The position numbers and the translations under genes were made by a program. Positions 60,790-64,000 of a stretch of DNA of 64,000 nucleotides are shown here, piece by piece. The notes beneath the pieces were generated by a model, which saw only the letters and a list, made by a program, of their open reading frames with translations, made no database searches and was not told the origin of the DNA. The stretch is from the NCBI GenBank assembly GCA_964016885.1, contig OZ024744.1:102734001-102798000 (forward strand). The letters are read 5' to 3'. The stretch is from Eledone cirrhosa (lineage: Eukaryota). Every line of letters starts with the position of its first letter. The first letter of the stretch is position 1.

Positions 60790-63700
60790 TGGTCAGTCTA
60801 TTGGTCTGAGAGATGTCGGTTGGTTGGTCTGTCGGTTGGTTGGTCTATCGGCTGGTTGGTCAATCTATCAGTTGGTCAGTTGGTCTGTCTGTCGGTTGGT
60901 TGGTCTGTCGGTTGGTTGGTCTGTCGGTTGGTTGGTCAATCTCTCAGTTGGTCGGTTGGTCAATCTCTCAGTTGGTCGGTCTGTCGGTTTGTTGGTCAAT
61001 CTGTCAGTTGGTCAGTCTGTCGGTTGGTTGGTCTGTCGGTTGGTTGGTCTGTCGGTTTGTTGGTCAATCTGTCAGTTGGTCAGTCTGTCGGTTTGTTGGT
61101 CAATCTGTCAGTTGGTCAGTCTGTCGGTTGGTTGGTCTGTCGGTTGGTTGGTTGGTCTGTCGGTTGGTTGGTCAATCTGTCAGTTGGTCGGTTGGTCTGT
61201 CTCTCAGTTGGTTGGTCTGTCGGTTGGTTGGTCAATCTGTCAGTTGGTCAGTCTGTCAGTTGGTTGGTCTGTCGGTTGGTTGGTCTGTCGGTTTGTTGGT
61301 CAATCTGTCAGTTGGTCAGTCTGTCGGTTTGTTGGTCAATCTGTCAGTTGGTCAGTCTGTCAGTTGGTTGGTCTGACGGTTTGTTGGTCAATCTGTCAGT
61401 TGGTCAGTTGGTCTGTCTGTCAGTTGGTCAGTCTGTCAGTTGGTTGGTCTGTCGGTTTGTTGGTCAATCTGTCAGTTGGTCAGTTGGTCTGTCTGTCAGT
61501 TGGTCAGTCTGTCAGTTGGTTGGTCTGTCGGTTTGTTGGTCAATCTGTCAGTTGGTCAGTTGGTCTGTCTGTCAGTTGGTTGGTCTGTCGGTTTGTTGGT
61601 CAATCTGTCAGTTGGTCTGTCTCTCAGTTGGTTGGTCAATCTGTCAGTTGGTCTGTCTCTCAGTTGGTTGGTCTGTTGGTTGGTTGGTCAATCTGTCAGT
61701 TGGTCTGTCGGCTGGTTGGTCAATCTGTCAGTTGGTCTGTCTCTCAGTTGGTTGGTCTGTCGGCTGGTTGGTCAATCTGTCAGTTGGTCAGTTGGTCTGT
61801 CTCTCAGTTGGTTGGTCTGTTGGTTGGTTGGTCAATCTGTCAGTTGGTCAGTTGATCTGTCTGTCAGTTGGTTGGTCAATCTGTCAGTTGGTCAGTTGGT
61901 CTGTCTGACAGTTGGTTGGTCTGTCGGTTGGTTGGTCAATCTGTCAGTTGGTCAGTCTGTCAGTTGGTTGGTCTGTCGGTTGGTTGGTCAATCTGTCAGT
62001 TGGTTGGTCTGTCGGTTGGTTGGTCAATCTGTCAGTTGGTCAGTTGGTCTGTCGGTCAGTTAGTTGGTCTGTCGGTCAGTTGGTTGGTCTGTCGGCTGGT
62101 TGGTCAATCTGTCAGTTGGTCTGTCTCTCAGTTGGTTGGTCTGTCGGTTTGTTGGTCAATCTGTCAGTTAGTCAGTTGGTCTGTCTGTCAGTTGGTTGGT
62201 CTGTCGGTTGGTTGGTCTGACGGTTTGTTGGTCAATCTGTCAGTTGGTCAGTCTGTCGGTTGGTTGGTCTGTCGGTTGGTTGGTCAATCTGTCAGTTGGT
62301 CGGTTGGTCTGTCTCTCAGTTGGTTGGTCTGTCGGTTGGTCAATCTGTCAGTTGGTCAGTTGGTCAGTCTGTCAGTTGGTTGGTCTGTCGGTTGGTTGGT
62401 CTGTCGGTTTGTTGGTCAATCTGTCAGTTGGTCGGTTGGTCTGTCTCTCAGTTGGTTGGTCTGTCGGTTGGTTGGTCAATCTGTCAGTTGGTCAGTCTGT
62501 CAGTTGGTTGGTCTGTCGGTTGGTTGGTCTGTCGGTTGGTTGGTCAATCTGTCAGTTGGTCGGTTGGTCTGTCTCTCAGTTGGTTGGTCTGTCGGTTGGT
62601 TGGTCAATCTGTCAGTGGTCAGTCTGTCAGTTGGTTGGTCTGTCGGTTGGTTGGTCTGTCGGTTTGTTGGTCAATCTGTCAGTTGGTCAGTCTGACGGTT
62701 TGTTGGTCAATCTGTCAGTTGGTCAGTTGGTCTGTCTGTCTGTCAGTTGGCCAGTCTGTCAGTTGGTTGGTCTGTCGGTTTGTTGGTCAATCTGTCAGTT
62801 GGTCAGTTGGTCTGTCTGTCAGTTGGTTGGTCTGTCGGTTTGTTGGTCAATCTGTCAGTTGGTCTGTCTCTCAGTTGGTTGGTCAATCTGTCAGTTGGTC
62901 TGTCTCTCAGTTGGTTGGTCTGTTGGTTGGTTGGTCAATCTGTCAGTTGGTCTGTCGGCTGGTTGGTCAATCTGTCAGTTGGTCTGTCTCTCAGTTGGTT
63001 GGTCTGTCAGCTGGTTGGTCAATCTGTCAGTTGGTCAGTTGGTCTGTCTCTTAGTTGGTTGGTCTGTTGGTTGGTCAATCTGTCAGTTGGTCAGTTGGTC
63101 TGTCTGTCAGTTGGTTGGTCAATCTGTCAGTTGGTCAGTTGGTCTGTCTGACAGTTGGTTGGTCTGTCGGTTGGTTGGTCAATCTGTCAGTTGGTCAGTC
63201 TGTCAGTTGGTTGGTCTGTCGGTTGGTTGGTCAATCTGTCAGTTGGTCAGTTGGTCTGTCTGTCAGTTGGTTGGTCTGTCGGTTGGTTGGTCAATCTGTC
63301 AGTTGGTCAGTTGGTCTGTCGGTCAGTTGGTTGGTCTGTCGGCTGGTTGGTCAATCTGTCGGTTGGTCTGTCTCTCAGTTGGTTGGTCTGTCGGTTTGTT
63401 GGTCAATCTGTCAGTTGGTCTGTCTCTCAGTTGGTTGGTCTGTCGGCTGGTTGGTCAATCTCTCAGTTGGTCAGTTGGTCTGTCTCTCAGTTGGTTGGTC
63501 TGTCAGTTGGTCAGTTGGTCTGTCTGTCAGTTGGTTGGTCTGTCGGTTGGTTGGTCAATCTGTCAGTTGGTTGGTCTGTCGGTTGGTTGGTCAATCTGTC
63601 AGTTGGTCAGTCTGTCAGTTGGTTGGTCTGTCGGTTGGTTGGTCAATCTGTCAGTTGGTCAGTTGGTCTGTCTTTCAGTTGGTTGGTCTGTTGGTTGGTT

Positions 63701-64000
63701 GGTCAATCTGTCAGTTGGTCAGTTGGTCTGTCTGTCAGTTGGTTGGTCAATCTGTCAGTCGGTCAGTCTGACAGTTGGTTGGTCTGCCTGTCGGTTGGTC
63801 AGTCTGTCAGTTGGTTGGTCTGTCGGTTGGTTGGTCAATCTGTCCGTTGGTCAGTTGGTCTGTCGGTTAGTTGGTTGGTCTGTCGGCTGGTTGGTCAATC
63901 TGTCGGTTGGTCTGTCTCTCAGTTGGTTGGTCTGTCGGTTTGTTGGTCAATCTGTCAGTTGGTCTGTCTCTCAGTTGGTTGGTCTGTCGGCTGGTTGGTC
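60790..64000. repeat. Complex G/T-rich satellite built from 4-nt words; runs off the window end
   Basis: Parses as GTTG/GTCT/GTCA/GTCG/ATCT/GTTT/GCTG/CTCA. All S/V/G/W/L/C ORFs here are artefacts. Confidence 0.95.

Noticed and set aside
60754-63771. Long ORFs (up to 384 aa) rich in S/V/G/W/L/C
   Set aside because: They arise from a stop-poor tetranucleotide satellite that is open in several frames.

Overview
A eukaryotic, AT-rich window made almost entirely of transposable elements and tandem repeats. The SINE and RTE-LINE families resemble those of octopods/cephalopods (from recall, not a database match). No host gene can be supported; there are only weak candidate exons. Contents: degenerate hAT (SPIN/Buster-, Tip100/ZMYM1- and Charlie/ZBED5-like), Tigger/pogo and mariner transposons; many RTE, CRE, Tx1 and R4/Dong LINE fragments; non-autonomous Helitrons; three Gypsy LTR retrotransposons (two are CsRn1-type with both LTRs); and several satellites. 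The most unusual object is a 3.28-kb near-perfect palindrome (28753-32033) of two head-to-head Merlin/ISXO2-type transposase genes. It is flanked by an 8-bp target-site duplication, which suggests it inserted as one unit, and it is a candidate long-hairpin RNA silencer. Other notable points: a structurally conserved -1 frameshift signal and TG..AA LTR ends in both complete Gypsy elements; two satellites formed from TE coding sequence; a perfect 37-bp palindrome at a hAT junction; and a 3.2-kb satellite built from 4-nt words. Coordinates of degenerate elements are approximate.
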